DNA of 64,000 bases from Candidatus Latescibacterota bacterium (GCA_965116875.1 OZ220733.1:736001-800000); one strand, 5' to 3'. Positions 9,426 to 20,220 are shown, numbered from the stretch's first letter. Numbers and translations are program-made. The notes: generated by a model from the sequence alone, not told the origin.

Positions 9426-11291
9426 TGACGGCGACGCTGATGCCGGATGAGCATTTGTTTTCGGTATTGCTCTCGCCGGCGACTTCGTCGACGCAGGCGC
9501 CGCAGTAATAGGTCCCGGCGTCCCATGGCGCGTTCGGACTGATCGACTCGGCGCTCCTGTCGACAGCCGGCAGGCTGCCCACGGCGTCCGCGCCCACTTC
9601 CGTGTCATCCGTGGAGATCGTCGCGTCGGTCGAGTGGTAGTAGCGCAACCACGTAGCCTCGGCCGAAGCATTGCCCTGGTTCCGCACCGTGGCGCTCAAC
9701 GTGAAGGATTGCCCCGGCGTCAGCGCGTTGTCTCGCTGACAGAGACCGATTCCACCACCGGGTCCGGATCGCCGGGCACAAGACTCACCGCGATGCCTAT
9801 CGGTTGTACCAATCTGGTGACGAGGTCTTCGACGCCGCTGCCGTCGAGGTTGGAACGCCGGATCTGCTTCATGCTCGCATCCGTCCAGTACATCTTGGCG
9901 CCGTCCAGGTCCAGCGCGATGCCTTGCGGGTTCCCCATTCCGGTGACGAGGTCTTCGACGCCGCTGCCGTCGAGGTTGGAACGCCGGATCTGCTTCGTGT
10001 TCGCATCCGTCCAGTACATCCTGCCGCCGTCCACGTCCAGCGCGATGCCGAATGGCGCCACCAACCCGGTGGTGACGAGGTCTTCGACGCCGCTGCCGTC
10101 CAGGTTGGATCGCTGGATCTTGTCCGTGGAATTATCCGTCCAGTACATCTTGCCGCCGTCCACGTCCAGCGCGATGCCAAACGGTTGTCCCCACGGTCGT
10201 TGTGCAGTTAGGTCGACGAGGTCTTCGATGCCGCTGCCGTCCAGGTTGGATCGCTGGATCTTGCGCCTGCCCCGATCCGTCCAGTACATCTTGCCGCCGT
10301 CCACGTCCAGCGCGATGCCTATCGGTTGTACCAATCTGGCGACGAGGGCTTCGACGCCGCTGCCGTCCAGGTTGGATCGCCGGATCCTGCCCTCAGAGGC
10401 CGTCCAGTACATCTTGCCGCCGGACACATCCAGCGCGAGGCTCCATGAAATCCTCGATTCAGTGACGAGGTCTTCGACGCCGCTGCCGTCGAGGTTGGAA
10501 CGCTGGATCTTACCCGTGCCATGGCCATACTCCGTCCAGTACAGCTTCCACACACGCGAAGCCGGGTCAGGCGTGACGGTTACCCTCACGGCACGGGAGC
10601 AGTTGTAGCCGGTATTGCTCTCGCCGTGGACGTTGTCGACGCAGGCGCCGTAGTACCGGGTCCCGGCGTCCGACGGCGCATTCAGGCTGATTGATTCGGC
10701 GCTCGTGTCGCCCGCCGCCAGGGCGTCCACGGCGTCCGTGCCCACTTCCGTGTCATCCGTGGAGATCGTCGCGTCGGACGAGCGATAGTACCGCAACGTC
10801 GTGGCCTCCGCCGCGGCCGTTCCCTGGTTGCGTACGGTTGCGCTCAAGGTGAAGGATTGACGGGGCGTCAGGGTGCTGTCGCTGACCGAGACCGACTCCA
10901 CGACCAGGTCCGCAGGGCTGCCGGACGGCGGCGTACCGCCACCCGAGGGCGGAACCCGGCTGCCGAAGGCGCCGGCAAAGATCACAAAATCGGAAAAGCC
11001 CACGGCCCCATCGCCATCCAGATCGAATTGCCAACGGTATCCGGAATCGCCTTCCGAAGTTCCGAAACCGCCCGCAAAGAGCACAAAGTCCGCAAAACCG
11101 ACCGTGCCGTCGCCGTCGAAGTCCGGCGACACAGCGCGCGCGGCGTATGCCCGCGTGGCGCCCCTGGTTGCGCCATCATCCAGGCTGGCGCCCAACTCGC
11201 CGCCGGCAATCAGGTCGGTCGACAAATCCGCGCCTGAAATCACGAAAACACACAGAGCAGCATTCAGCAACGTGCGCTGTAGCGAAATCAT
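9133..11291 (-). pseudogene. dockerin-like + CARDB + YWTD propeller + CARDB protein, frameshifted and fused to the MBL C-terminus
   Basis: ORF 9720..11291 has a DFDGDGTVGFADF..DLDGDGAVGFSDF pair and six YWT repeats; a 2-nt GA duplication near 9731-9734 splits the second CARDB, which continues in ORF 9133..9699. The 523 aa upstream part may still be expressed. Confidence 0.8.
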
Positions 11292-11536
11292 CTCAAAGCC
11301 TCACTGGTATCGACTGCGATGTGACTCTGCGGCGTGCCCGGCGCTTAGGCAGATCGTTGTCTATGACTGCGATGAACCGACGCCGGAGTGTGGAATTTTT
11401 GTTGAGTAGGTAGTCATTCTTTCCCCATCCAGCTTTCTGGCATTTCATACCGAGTTATTAGATCATGGGGAAGGTGTCCGGGCACTCGTTTCCGAACCGG
11501 CCTGCCAGGTTTAGCGTTTGTCTCTTGGTTTGGCGC

Positions 11537-11840
11537 CAGACCGTGCAAAAACTCTCAGACCCTTTGCGTGCGGGGCAGATCGTCCGTAAGACGTGTCACT
11601 GCTCAAGGCGAGGTCGTTGCGAAGGCCCAGTTATCGGTGCGGCGTTCGAGCAGTCTTTTGCAAGCCTTTGTGAATCGGCCAGAGAAGTGCCTCATCTGGC
11701 GGCTAATCCATTGTCTGACGGGTAAGTCGCTGCCGGGTGAGCTGTTCAGGAGACGGCGTTAACATTTCGGGTACACCGACGAGGTTGAAGGTGCGCTTGA
11801 TATTGTAAGCAAGACTCATCCAAGAAAACTCGGATTTGAC
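11537..11840 (-). mobile_element. IS1182-family remnant (transposase C-terminus plus terminal IR)
   Basis: Minus strand 11840-11757 reads VKSEFSWMSLAYNIKRTFNLVGVPEMLT, like the IS1182 transposase end; IR-like GTTTTTGCACGGTCTG at 11552-11537. Confidence 0.6.
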
Positions 11841-11961
11841 CAAAAAAGATCCTTTCGCTTCACTTACAGAGACCTGGTGTATCCTGGCAATGCGCAGTTT
11901 AATCGCCTTTCTTCACTTGCACATATTCGACTTAACGTCCCCGAAAACACACGAATCAAGG

Positions 11962-12825
11962 TCATTTGTAGCTGTTGTAGACGATCGCGAGCCAGCGTTC
12001 GGTGCTCATCCAGCCCTGACCCCACGACTGCCATTTCTCCGGCACGCCGGCGGCCTGAATTTCCTCCAGCGTCTTTCCTGCCGCGATGGACGCCTTGACG
12101 AGGTCCGCGCACGTTTCAAGCATCTCAAGCGCGGTCCTCAGATCGTCCACCGCGGCGAGCGGCCCGTGACCGGGGATTATACGCGCATCCGGCGGGATTT
12201 GTTTCACGAGAGACCGCACGGCCTCGATGTAACCCTGGACGTCTCCGCCGCCGCGGAGGTCGACGTATGGAAACCTGCCATTGAAGAAGAGGTCTCCGGT
12301 GTGGACGACGTTGGATCCGGCAAAGAACACCACGCCGTCGCCGTCCGTGTGGGCATTCGGAAAGTGGACCACGCGCAGTTCCTCGCCGTTGAAATGAATC
12401 GACAGCCCGTCATCGAATGTGATTTCCGGCAGAGCGGCTTCGGGTAACGGCCTGTCATCGACACGCCTGGCCGCCAGGCGGTTGCGGACGTTCCGGTGCG
12501 CGACGATGACGCCCTTCTCTCCAAAATGGGCGTTTCCGCCGGTATGATCACCATGGTAATGTGTATTCAGGACGAAGATGGGATCCCCGCCCCCCATCTC
12601 GCCGATGGCGGCGCGAATCTTTCCGGCCAGCGGCGCGAACTGATCGTCCACAATCAGCACGCCGTCCTCGCCCACGGACACGCCGATATTCCCGCCGCTG
12701 CCTTCCAGCATATAGACGTGGTCCGTGAGTCTGGTGGTCTTGATCTGAACCGCGGAAAAATCCCGCTGAGCGAATGATGTGCCGGCAAAGGCCAGAATCA
12801 GGGCGATTGGTAACCATCCGGACAT
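11962..12825 (-). CDS. MBL-fold metallo-hydrolase (cyclase-like), secreted
   Basis: NTHYHGDHTGGN, AHTDGD, HTGDLFF, IPGHG; signal peptide. Confidence 0.9.
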   Translation of the reverse strand: MSGWLPIALILAFAGTSFAQRDFSAVQIKTTRLTDHVYMLEGSGGNIGVSVGEDGVLIVDDQFAPLAGKIRAAIGEMGGGDPIFVLNTHYHGDHTGGNAHFGEKGVIVAHRNVRNRLAARRVDDRPLPEAALPEITFDDGLSIHFNGEELRVVHFPNAHTDGDGVVFFAGSNVVHTGDLFFNGRFPYVDLRGGGDVQGYIEAVRSLVKQIPPDARIIPGHGPLAAVDDLRTALEMLETCADLVKASIAAGKTLEEIQAAGVPEKWQSWGQGWMSTERWLAIVYNSYK

Positions 12826-13032
12826 ATCGAAGATCCCCTAAAAAAAAGGAAAAAGGAAGAAGGAAGAAGGAAGAAAAAGAGCAACCAGAAAGAAGCCAAC
12901 CGGTTGACGGCTGCGCCGATATCTGTTACAACGAGAAAAGGCGCATCGAGGGCAGGATGCCCTCGTTCCCGCGAAAAGTAACGCGCGATAAACCGGAAAC
13001 CGATCGATTGACCTGGCCGGGTGCGTGCAATT

Positions 13033-13057
13033 GTAGGGGCAGCCCTTGTGGCTGCCC
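13033..13057. repeat. REP-like GTAGGGGCAGCCCTTGTGGCTGCCC
   Basis: GTAG plus hairpin; related inverted copy at 45035-45059. Confidence 0.6.
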
Positions 13058-13150
13058 ACGATGAGAGGGAATCTCTACCCTCTCGGTATATAGCGAATCA
13101 AAAAAGCCTGGAGCGGTGGCAACCGGCCGGTCGTCCCTTCACCGAAATTG

Positions 13151-13184
13151 AAAAAGACCCGGAGACAAACTCCCGGGCCTTTTT
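13151..13184. terminator. bidirectional intrinsic terminator
   Basis: AAAAAGACCCGGAG-ACAAA-CTCCCGGGCCTTTTT downstream of the ABC genes. Confidence 0.6.
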
Positions 13185-13252
13185 CTACTGTCATTGCCAA
13201 CGACTCCTCGCAGTACGCGAATCGCCTGTGCCTGTTCACTCGCGGCCGCGAC

Positions 13253-13316
13253 TAACAGCCCGTTGATAAAGTCGCTCTGCAGGCGAGGCCGTTTGGGCTT
13301 TTTCAACGGGCTGTTA
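13253..13316. mobile_element. MITE-like element, short copy
   Basis: TAACAGCCCGTTGATAAAG...CTTTTTCAACGGGCTGTTA terminal IRs; overlaps the ABC ATPase stop codon; homologous to 19972 and 20321 copies. Confidence 0.65.
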
Positions 13317-14042
13317 AGCCGTCCTTCCGTCGATGGTGCCCACTTCGATCTTCAGTTCATCCCGGTTCACAACACGGTCAACGCGGCCGTCGCGCACCCA
13401 CACCACCCTGTCGGAAACGCTCAGCATCTTGTGGTCGTGCGTGGCCGAAACCACGGTTACGCCCGAATCCTTGTTCATCTGACGCAGCAATTCGATAATC
13501 TCCGTACCGGTGCGCAGGTCCAGGTTTCCAGTGGGTTCGTCGGCCAGAATCAGGGCCGGATCGTTGGCGAACGCCCTGGCGACCGCCACGCGCTGCTGTT
13601 GTCCGCCCGAAAGCTCGAAGGGCTTGTGAGATACCCGGTCTCCCAGCCCCACCTTATTCAGCAGTTCCACTCCCTTGTCCCTGGCCTCGTCGCTGGTCAA
13701 CCCCGCGAACACCATGGGCAGCGTCACGTTTTCCAGCGCCGTCATCACCGGAATCAGGTTGAACGTCTGGAAAATATACCCGATTTTCCGGCATCGCAAC
13801 CACGCCAGTTCATAGGCGTCGAGCTGAGCAACGTCCACGTCGTCGATGTACACCTTGCCGTCGCTGGGTTTGTCCAGACCGCCGACCATATTGAACAGGG
13901 TGGTTTTACCGGAGCCCGAAGGCCCCATAATGGAGATGTACTCGCCCTGCTCGATTTCGATATCCACCCCTTTTAGAGCGGCCACCCGCACGTCGCCCAT
14001 CTCGTAGACTTTCTTCACGTCCTGCGTTCGTACGACGGCCAT
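13314..14042 (-). CDS. ABC transporter ATP-binding protein (LolD/MacB type)
   Basis: [34 protein letters not shown]. Confidence 0.95.
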   Translation of the reverse strand: MAVVRTQDVKKVYEMGDVRVAALKGVDIEIEQGEYISIMGPSGSGKTTLFNMVGGLDKPSDGKVYIDDVDVAQLDAYELAWLRCRKIGYIFQTFNLIPVMTALENVTLPMVFAGLTSDEARDKGVELLNKVGLGDRVSHKPFELSGGQQQRVAVARAFANDPALILADEPTGNLDLRTGTEIIELLRQMNKDSGVTVVSATHDHKMLSVSDRVVWVRDGRVDRVVNRDELKIEVGTIDGRTA

Positions 14043-14094
14043 GGTCCACCTCTTTATGAATTTCGGACCGGGTGTTCGACCCGAGAAAGACGCG

Positions 14095-14784
14095 TCAGAC
14101 TTCCAGACGCATTGCGTCGACAGGCTCCATCTTGGCGGCGCGGTAGGCCGGTAGAATTCCGCCCATCAGGGAAAGAAAGGAACCAAGCACGATCGCCATC
14201 AGCCCGCGCTCCAGAATGGTGGGCCACGGCACGTGCCCCATGACGCCGGTGCCATAGCCGATCCAGGACGTCAGTATGGACAGCAGAAGACCCACTGCCG
14301 CGCCCAGTACGGTGCCGGCCATGCCCATGAAGGCGGACTCAAGTATGAACAGCTTGACAATGAATCCATCCAGGGCTCCCATGCATTTCATGGTGCCGAT
14401 CTCCCGGAAACGCTCGGTGACGGACATCAGCATCGCGTTTGTAATCCCCACCAGGCAAACCAGCAGCGAAAGCACAACCAGCCAGGTGTTCTTGGCCTCC
14501 TCCTGTCGATTGGCTTCACTCTCCTGACTGATATCGATTCCCTTCTGCTGGAGGATGAGGTTCATCTTGGGATCGTTGGCGTCACGAAGACTGTTGACGA
14601 TCGAACTGGTGGTCCAGATGGACATCAGAAACGCGATGGCCAGAATAATGCTGCTTACCGTGATCAACGACCGCCCGAACCGGATTTTCACGCTGTTGAA
14701 ACTGATTTCAACGGCCTTTCTGACCGGCAGTTTCACCTGCGTGCCGATTTCCCGGCGGGCAGGTGACGAATAACTCTCCGCCAT
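14095..14784 (-). CDS. FtsX-like ABC permease (short form)
   Basis: GITNAMLMSVTERFREIGTMKCMGA, PAYRAAKMEPVDAMR; GGAGGAG RBS. Confidence 0.9.
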   Translation of the reverse strand: MAESYSSPARREIGTQVKLPVRKAVEISFNSVKIRFGRSLITVSSIILAIAFLMSIWTTSSIVNSLRDANDPKMNLILQQKGIDISQESEANRQEEAKNTWLVVLSLLVCLVGITNAMLMSVTERFREIGTMKCMGALDGFIVKLFILESAFMGMAGTVLGAAVGLLLSILTSWIGYGTGVMGHVPWPTILERGLMAIVLGSFLSLMGGILPAYRAAKMEPVDAMRLEV

Positions 14785-14882
14785 GAACTCCTCCAACAAC
14801 AGGACGAATCGACGTTCGAAAGGGTCTACTCGTTGCCTGAGTCTACCGGCTGTTTCACCTGTGCCGGTGTGGTGTGCCAGCC

Positions 14883-16532
14883 TTATCTGACTTCAGCGCC
14901 GTGCATTGCAGGGACGTGGGTGCGCCCCTGGCGTGTTGCGTAATACGCCCGATCCGCCAACAACTTTTTTGCGCGGTCGAACAGCGCCAGCGTTTGAACG
15001 ACTTCCGGGTCCTGACTCACGGCGACCCTGCCCGCCTCCCGGTCTCCCCAGCGGAACTTCGCAAAATACCGTTTCATCTGCCGCTTGATCAAATCGATGC
15101 CCGATTCGAATTCGGCACCCGTAAACGTCAGATCGGGTTCTCTTGTCTTGAGGAATTTCCTGAATTCCGCGATCTCGAGCGAATCAGGAGAATACCGTAG
15201 AAGATAGTCCTCGAAATCCGGGTACGCGCTGGTAAACTCAGAACCCCGTCGACTGGCGAATTCAAAAAAATGTCGCGGGGAGAGCCGCCGTTCGAAATCG
15301 CCCGGACGGGCCGATTCCAGTTCCACGTCGGGTGTGATCCCGCCGCTGCCGTAGACCTTCCTGTTCAGAATCTGCGTAAAATAGACCGGTTGAGAGACAA
15401 CGCTGTCAGGATCGGCATTGGGATCGTACCCGTCGTGCGCCGCTTGAAGATAAGCACGCCTGTCGTCCGAATAAGGACGCTGGATCGGCCGCTCGCTGGG
15501 CGTGAAATAGCGCGCCACCGTGAGCAGGACGGCGCCGCCGTTCTTCAGCGGATACTGCTTTTGTACCAGCCCTTTGCCGAATGTGGTCCTGCCGACGACG
15601 AGCCCTCGATCATAATCCTGAACAGCGCCCGCCACAATTTCCGATGCGCTGGCGCTGTAGTTGTCGACCAGAACCGTCAAGGGCCAATCCAGAGGCGCCA
15701 CCGGATCGCGATCCGCGAAATGATCTTCTCTTGAACCGCTCCTGCGTCCCTCTGTGTACACCAGGAGGCGGTCTTTTTCGAGGAACTGATCCGCCACCGC
15801 AACCGCCTGTTCAAGGTAACCGCCACTGTTGCCACGCAGATCGAGGATCAGTTTTTCTGCACCCGCATCGACCAATCCTTTGAGAGCAACCCGCAACTCG
15901 CGGGACGTGCGACTCGAGAACCGGTCGATCTTTACATAACCCACGTCCGAAGTCAGTTTAAACGCATACGGAACGCTCGGCACTTCTATCTTGTCGCGAA
16001 TTATCTCGATCGTGAGCGGGTCGGCCAATTCCGCCCGTTGAACCTGTACAATCACCCTGCTGCCCTTGGGACCCTTTAGACGCCGTTTCACCTCATCCGT
16101 CTTCCGGATCCCGACAGCCGACACCCCGTCGATCTTCACAATGCGGTCGCCGGCCTGGAGGCCGGCCTTATAGGCGGGAGCTCCTACGATTGGAGAAAGT
16201 ACCGTCAACTGGCCCGCGATGATTTCGAAATAAATCCCGATTCCCTCAAACGAGCCTTGCATCCTGTCCTGGGTGTCCTGGAGTTCCTCCGGCGAGATAT
16301 AGGTTGAATGGGGGTCCAGCCGGGATAGATAGCCTTCAATCGCACCGTGATACAACTCGACCGGATCGGTCGATTCATAGTACTGGCGGCGCACCAGGTC
16401 GGCCAGCTGATCCAGGGTATGCGCCTGCATCGCCGTGTTCACGCGAGGTGGGGGCTCCGCCCCGACCGAGGTTGGAGGACCCGCCGCCCACACCAGGATC
16501 AGCAGGGAAACAATCCGAAAAATGACGGACAT
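14883..16532 (-). CDS. S41 family C-terminal processing protease (PDZ + S41)
   Basis: LDPHSTY, GIGI PDZ, DLRGNSGG, SASASEIVAGAVQD, TFGKGLVQ; start uncertain. Confidence 0.92.
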   Translation of the reverse strand: MSVIFRIVSLLILVWAAGPPTSVGAEPPPRVNTAMQAHTLDQLADLVRRQYYESTDPVELYHGAIEGYLSRLDPHSTYISPEELQDTQDRMQGSFEGIGIYFEIIAGQLTVLSPIVGAPAYKAGLQAGDRIVKIDGVSAVGIRKTDEVKRRLKGPKGSRVIVQVQRAELADPLTIEIIRDKIEVPSVPYAFKLTSDVGYVKIDRFSSRTSRELRVALKGLVDAGAEKLILDLRGNSGGYLEQAVAVADQFLEKDRLLVYTEGRRSGSREDHFADRDPVAPLDWPLTVLVDNYSASASEIVAGAVQDYDRGLVVGRTTFGKGLVQKQYPLKNGGAVLLTVARYFTPSERPIQRPYSDDRRAYLQAAHDGYDPNADPDSVVSQPVYFTQILNRKVYGSGGITPDVELESARPGDFERRLSPRHFFEFASRRGSEFTSAYPDFEDYLLRYSPDSLEIAEFRKFLKTREPDLTFTGAEFESGIDLIKRQMKRYFAKFRWGDREAGRVAVSQDPEVVQTLALFDRAKKLLADRAYYATRQGRTHVPAMHGAEVR

Positions 16533-16643
16533 ACAGAATGCTCGCGAGTCAGGCAAGTTCATTACAGACTGCCAAAAAAACGTTTCAACATAACGACGCC
16601 GGCCGGAGATGTCAAGGAGAAAGCGCATCCGCCGGGGGCACCG

Positions 16644-17357
16644 TCAGCCACCGGATCCTTTCGATCGGGTCAGGGAAAACAGGAGCAACTGCTTGGAAAA
16701 GAGATAATACTCCCTGAGATTCAGTTTGCTGGTGCTGTACTGCCGGTTGCGGAACACATAGGGCACCTCGATGAACGTCGACCAGGTTCCCTTGACCAGA
16801 ATCTCCAGCAGTATCTTGTACCCGGGGGAGGTCAGCGTCACACCCTGAAGCACACGGCGATGCAGGAAAAAATACCCGCTGAGCGGATCCTGCACACCAG
16901 TCAGTTGCCTCGCAGCCAGCACTCCGGCCTGGGAGATCAGCTTTCGATACCACGGCCACCTCTCCACGCGGCTGTCGGGATTATAGCGGCTGCCAAGCGC
17001 GACGTCGTGCTCGCGAAGCCCGAGAATCAATCGGGGCAAGACCGACGGATCGTGGCTCAGATCCGCGTCGATCACTCCCAGGCAGTCGCGTTTCGACGTC
17101 CGGAATCCCTCCATAACCGCGCTGCCCAGGCCGAGTTTGCCGGGCCGATGAACCACCTGGACGGGATACCGGTCTTTGAGCCCCTCCGCTTCCTCGCCGG
17201 TACCGTCCGGAGAGTTATCGTCCACCACGATCAATTCAACGTCAATCTCCGGGTACTGTCCGACAGCCGCGAAAATCTCGTCAGCCAGAAGTGAGACGTT
17301 CGGGCGCTCATTGTAGGTGGGCGTAATCAGAGAGACGCGCAACGGGGTTTCATCCAT
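16644..17357 (-). CDS. GT2 polyprenol-monophosphomannose synthase-like
   Basis: PTYNE, VVDDNSPDGT, GLGSA, DADLSHDP, GSRY. Confidence 0.9.
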   Translation of the reverse strand: MDETPLRVSLITPTYNERPNVSLLADEIFAAVGQYPEIDVELIVVDDNSPDGTGEEAEGLKDRYPVQVVHRPGKLGLGSAVMEGFRTSKRDCLGVIDADLSHDPSVLPRLILGLREHDVALGSRYNPDSRVERWPWYRKLISQAGVLAARQLTGVQDPLSGYFFLHRRVLQGVTLTSPGYKILLEILVKGTWSTFIEVPYVFRNRQYSTSKLNLREYYLFSKQLLLFSLTRSKGSGG

Positions 17358-17455
17358 GCCGATGACCTTTTGAGAAAACGGCGCGCGTGTCAAACGCAAC
17401 GACGGCACTCAATATAGAAACCGGAATCCGCTGTAACCGGTACGAGAGGGTTCAA

Positions 17456-18367
17456 TTACCCGGCTGAAACACGCATTTCCGTGCATGTCCGCTTCAGGTT
17501 CTCAGAAAAAGATCTCAACTCCGGATTGAACAGTTCGCGTGCGAGGTCGAGCTTCAGGCCGGCGCCAGGGGGCCTGGGGGCGATCTGTCCCAACTCCTCG
17601 GAAGTCACCGGCGCCACCAGGTTGGCGTCCAGATCGAAACATCGGCAGATCCGCCGGACCATTTCAAACCGGCTCATGAATTCCGATCCCGCAAAGTGGA
17701 TCACGCCCCGGAATTCCCGGCGGCACAGTCCAAGGAGAAACACGGCAAGTTCATCCACGCAGGTGGGATTCGCCCATTCGTCGGTAACCACGCGAATGGA
17801 CTCGCCGCGAAGGAGGGATTCCAGCGCCCACGTGACGAAATTGGGCCGGCACCCCGCACGATAGCCGTAGAGCACCGCCGTTCGGACCACCAGTCCATGG
17901 CAGGGCGAGGCCAGAACGATGGCCTCCGCTTCCAGCTTGGTCCGACCGTAGACGTTTACGGGATTGGTAACATCCGTCTCGGCGTAGGGCCCCGCCTGAC
18001 CGTCGAATACATAGTTCGTCGAAACGGTCACCAGGCCGGCGCCCGCGTCTTCACACGCCCGAATCAGGTTCCGGGTTCCGCACACGTTGACCCGGCGCGC
18101 CAGATCCGGATTCCGTTCGCATCGATCCACGCCCGCTTCCGCGGCCGCATTGATCACCCAGTCGGGCCGTACCTGTGATACCGCCCGGACGACTGACTCC
18201 GCATCCGTTACATCCACCCGGATACAGTCCGACCCCGGATGCGGCGGCCGGGGACTGCGTGCCGCGGGAACCCGATCCAGGCCCTGAAACGGTACGTCGC
18301 ACAGCGCCCTCCCCAGAAACCCCGAAGCCCCTGCGATCAATACTTTCTGTTTTGACCCGTCACCCAT
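17456..18367 (-). CDS. rfbD: dTDP-4-dehydrorhamnose reductase-like SDR
   Basis: GASGFLG, STNYVFDG, YGRTKLEAE. Confidence 0.8.
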   Translation of the reverse strand: MGDGSKQKVLIAGASGFLGRALCDVPFQGLDRVPAARSPRPPHPGSDCIRVDVTDAESVVRAVSQVRPDWVINAAAEAGVDRCERNPDLARRVNVCGTRNLIRACEDAGAGLVTVSTNYVFDGQAGPYAETDVTNPVNVYGRTKLEAEAIVLASPCHGLVVRTAVLYGYRAGCRPNFVTWALESLLRGESIRVVTDEWANPTCVDELAVFLLGLCRREFRGVIHFAGSEFMSRFEMVRRICRCFDLDANLVAPVTSEELGQIAPRPPGAGLKLDLARELFNPELRSFSENLKRTCTEMRVSAG

Positions 18368-18385
18368 TGGCGCCACCCGGATGCG

Positions 18386-19969
18386 TTAATTATCCTCTCT
18401 GTCACTCGGAACGGACGCAGCTTTCCGCTCTGCCTCCACGCGCAGGTACATTGCCATGCCTCTGCACAGAGCGCCCGCGCCGCCGGCGCGCGCCAGATGC
18501 GAATTCGCAAGCGCCGCGAGTATCTCACCGGCCGTTTCCAGATAGCGCCGATGACCGGTCAGGACGAATAGCCTCGCAAGTACCTGAACCGCCACCCCGT
18601 TACCCGACGGGACCAGACGGTCCACGGCGTGGATAACGGCTGCGTCCGGCTCCGGCCAGCGATCCCGCAGCGCGCCGCTGTCATCGAGAAGCCGCTCCAG
18701 CATCACGTCCGTGAGTTGCAATGCGAACCGGTATGCAGCGTTGTCGCCACCCGCGCCGTATAGATCCAGCGCGGCCCTGGCGACCAGGGCCTGGTCGGCA
18801 AGCAGCAAAACCGACGGTTCCGGCTGGTCGAGCGCATGTCGAACTCCGCCTTCAGGATGCGTAAGCCTCGTGCGGATCGACGCCAGAACGTCCCTCGCCA
18901 GATCCAGGTAGGACGCCTTCGCGGAAGCCTGATAGAGCGTCACAAGCCCGGTAACGGCCAGAGCGTTCCACGAGGTGTAGACAGCCGGGTCTCTCGGGGC
19001 CGCGCGACCCGCCTCCAGCAGAACCGCCGCGCCGTATTCTTCGGAAAACCCCGCGAATCCCGCGGCAAACAAGCCGTCCTGCGGCACGAAGAGCCCGCGG
19101 ATCAGCGCGTCGCCCAGATCGATAGCCGCCGCCGTGTCCGTCCGCGCAAGAACCGCAAGCCAGCCCGCGTTCGACGCCAGCGTCTTCTCGGTATCGAGTA
19201 CCACCCCATCCGGTGTGAGCTGCCGCTGGAAGAACGTGCCGTCGGAGTCGCGCAGCGGACTTGAGACGACCGTTTTCAGCCGATCCAGCGCCAGGGCCCG
19301 TGCCGCGCCGTTATCGCCATCGAGGAGTAAAAGAAACGACTCCGGACCCGGAGTCTCTCCGCGGATCAGCGCTGCGGAAGTGCTGTCCGTAAACGCCAGC
19401 AGATGGCCGGACGAGACCTCGGAGCGGCGGAAATGCCGGGCTTCTCTCGCCGTCCACAGCGCAAGATTCCGCCGCTCGCGTTCGAAATCAGTCCAGCGTT
19501 TCGGGTTATTGAAATAGACCCAAATCCGTCGCAGCAACTCCCGCAGATCTTCCGGATCCAGGTACGTGGATCCGGTCATCCAGTCGCCATCGGGCGTCAG
19601 GATCGCCGTTGAAGGCCAGCCCCCCATTCCGAATCGTTCCGCCAGGTCGGGGCGCCGGTCCACGTTCACCCGTATCGGCCAGGCGCCTCGTCCAATTGCC
19701 CGCACCAACCCCGGGTCTTCGAAACAGCGCCTCGTCATGTCCCGGCACCAGAACGACCTGCTGGAATAAAGATATATGAACAGCGGACGATTGAGAACGC
19801 GCGCGGAATCCCGATTGGACCATTCCCTCCAGGTCACCCGTCCGGGAGGCGGCGCGGACAGCTCGGGTAACGCAGATGGTTCCGGTGCCCGCTCGCAACC
19901 CGCAAACCCGGAACTCAACGCCAGCAACACGCTGGCCGGACGCAGATGAATCCGCGAGACGCGAGTCAT
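18386..19969 (-). CDS. DUF255 thioredoxin + alpha/alpha-barrel (YyaL/SPATA20-like) lipoprotein
   Basis: FWCRDM, VNVDRRPDL, GGWPST, YTSWNAL, PSGNGVA; lipobox FAGC. Confidence 0.8.
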   Translation of the reverse strand: MTRVSRIHLRPASVLLALSSGFAGCERAPEPSALPELSAPPPGRVTWREWSNRDSARVLNRPLFIYLYSSRSFWCRDMTRRCFEDPGLVRAIGRGAWPIRVNVDRRPDLAERFGMGGWPSTAILTPDGDWMTGSTYLDPEDLRELLRRIWVYFNNPKRWTDFERERRNLALWTAREARHFRRSEVSSGHLLAFTDSTSAALIRGETPGPESFLLLLDGDNGAARALALDRLKTVVSSPLRDSDGTFFQRQLTPDGVVLDTEKTLASNAGWLAVLARTDTAAAIDLGDALIRGLFVPQDGLFAAGFAGFSEEYGAAVLLEAGRAAPRDPAVYTSWNALAVTGLVTLYQASAKASYLDLARDVLASIRTRLTHPEGGVRHALDQPEPSVLLLADQALVARAALDLYGAGGDNAAYRFALQLTDVMLERLLDDSGALRDRWPEPDAAVIHAVDRLVPSGNGVAVQVLARLFVLTGHRRYLETAGEILAALANSHLARAGGAGALCRGMAMYLRVEAERKAASVPSDREDN

Positions 19970-19971
19970 AG

Positions 19972-20093
19972 AACAGCCCGTTGAAAAAGTCCATCCGGGC
20001 TGCCTGCCTGCTGCAGGCAGGCGGCCGTCCCTTGCGGTCGAAACCCTGTGTTGCCCGGCCTCGCCTGCGGAACGACTCTGTCAACGGACTGCC
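19972..20093. mobile_element. MITE-like element
   Basis: AACAGCCCGTTGAAAAAGTCCATCC...TCAACGGACTG; contains a nested 19-bp palindrome. Confidence 0.65.
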
Positions 20094-20190
20094 AAACCGG
20101 GCAACCGGCCGGAAAATGAGACGGCCTCACGGAAAAGTCGGGAACCACTGTGCACCAGATGCGTTTATATCTTGAAATCGACGAAAAGAC

Positions 20191-20220
20191 TTGACATTTC
20201 AATGGCGATTAACGTAATTT
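20191..20220 (+). promoter_or_regulatory. sigma70-like promoter
   Basis: TTGACA-18 nt-TAATTT in an AT-rich spacer between two MITE copies; target transcript unclear. Confidence 0.3.

Noticed and set aside
9790-10545. Regularly spaced DNA repeats (about 129-bp period; also 53700-54420 and 58030-60000) resembling a CRISPR array
   Set aside because: They are in-frame YWTD protein repeats with similar intervening sequence; no cas genes seen.
9122-12254. Near-identical repeat pair as a DGR template/variable region
   Set aside because: No reverse transcriptase in the window; mismatches are mostly synonymous and not adenine-specific.
11962-12825. Antibiotic-resistance metallo-beta-lactamase
   Set aside because: Motifs fit the broad cyclase/glyoxalase-II-like MBL-fold group; resistance cannot be inferred from the fold.
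12838-12895. Purine-rich GGAAGAA tandem tract (similar tract at 28575-28650)
   Set aside because: Low-complexity intergenic sequence with no associated gene or structure I can support.
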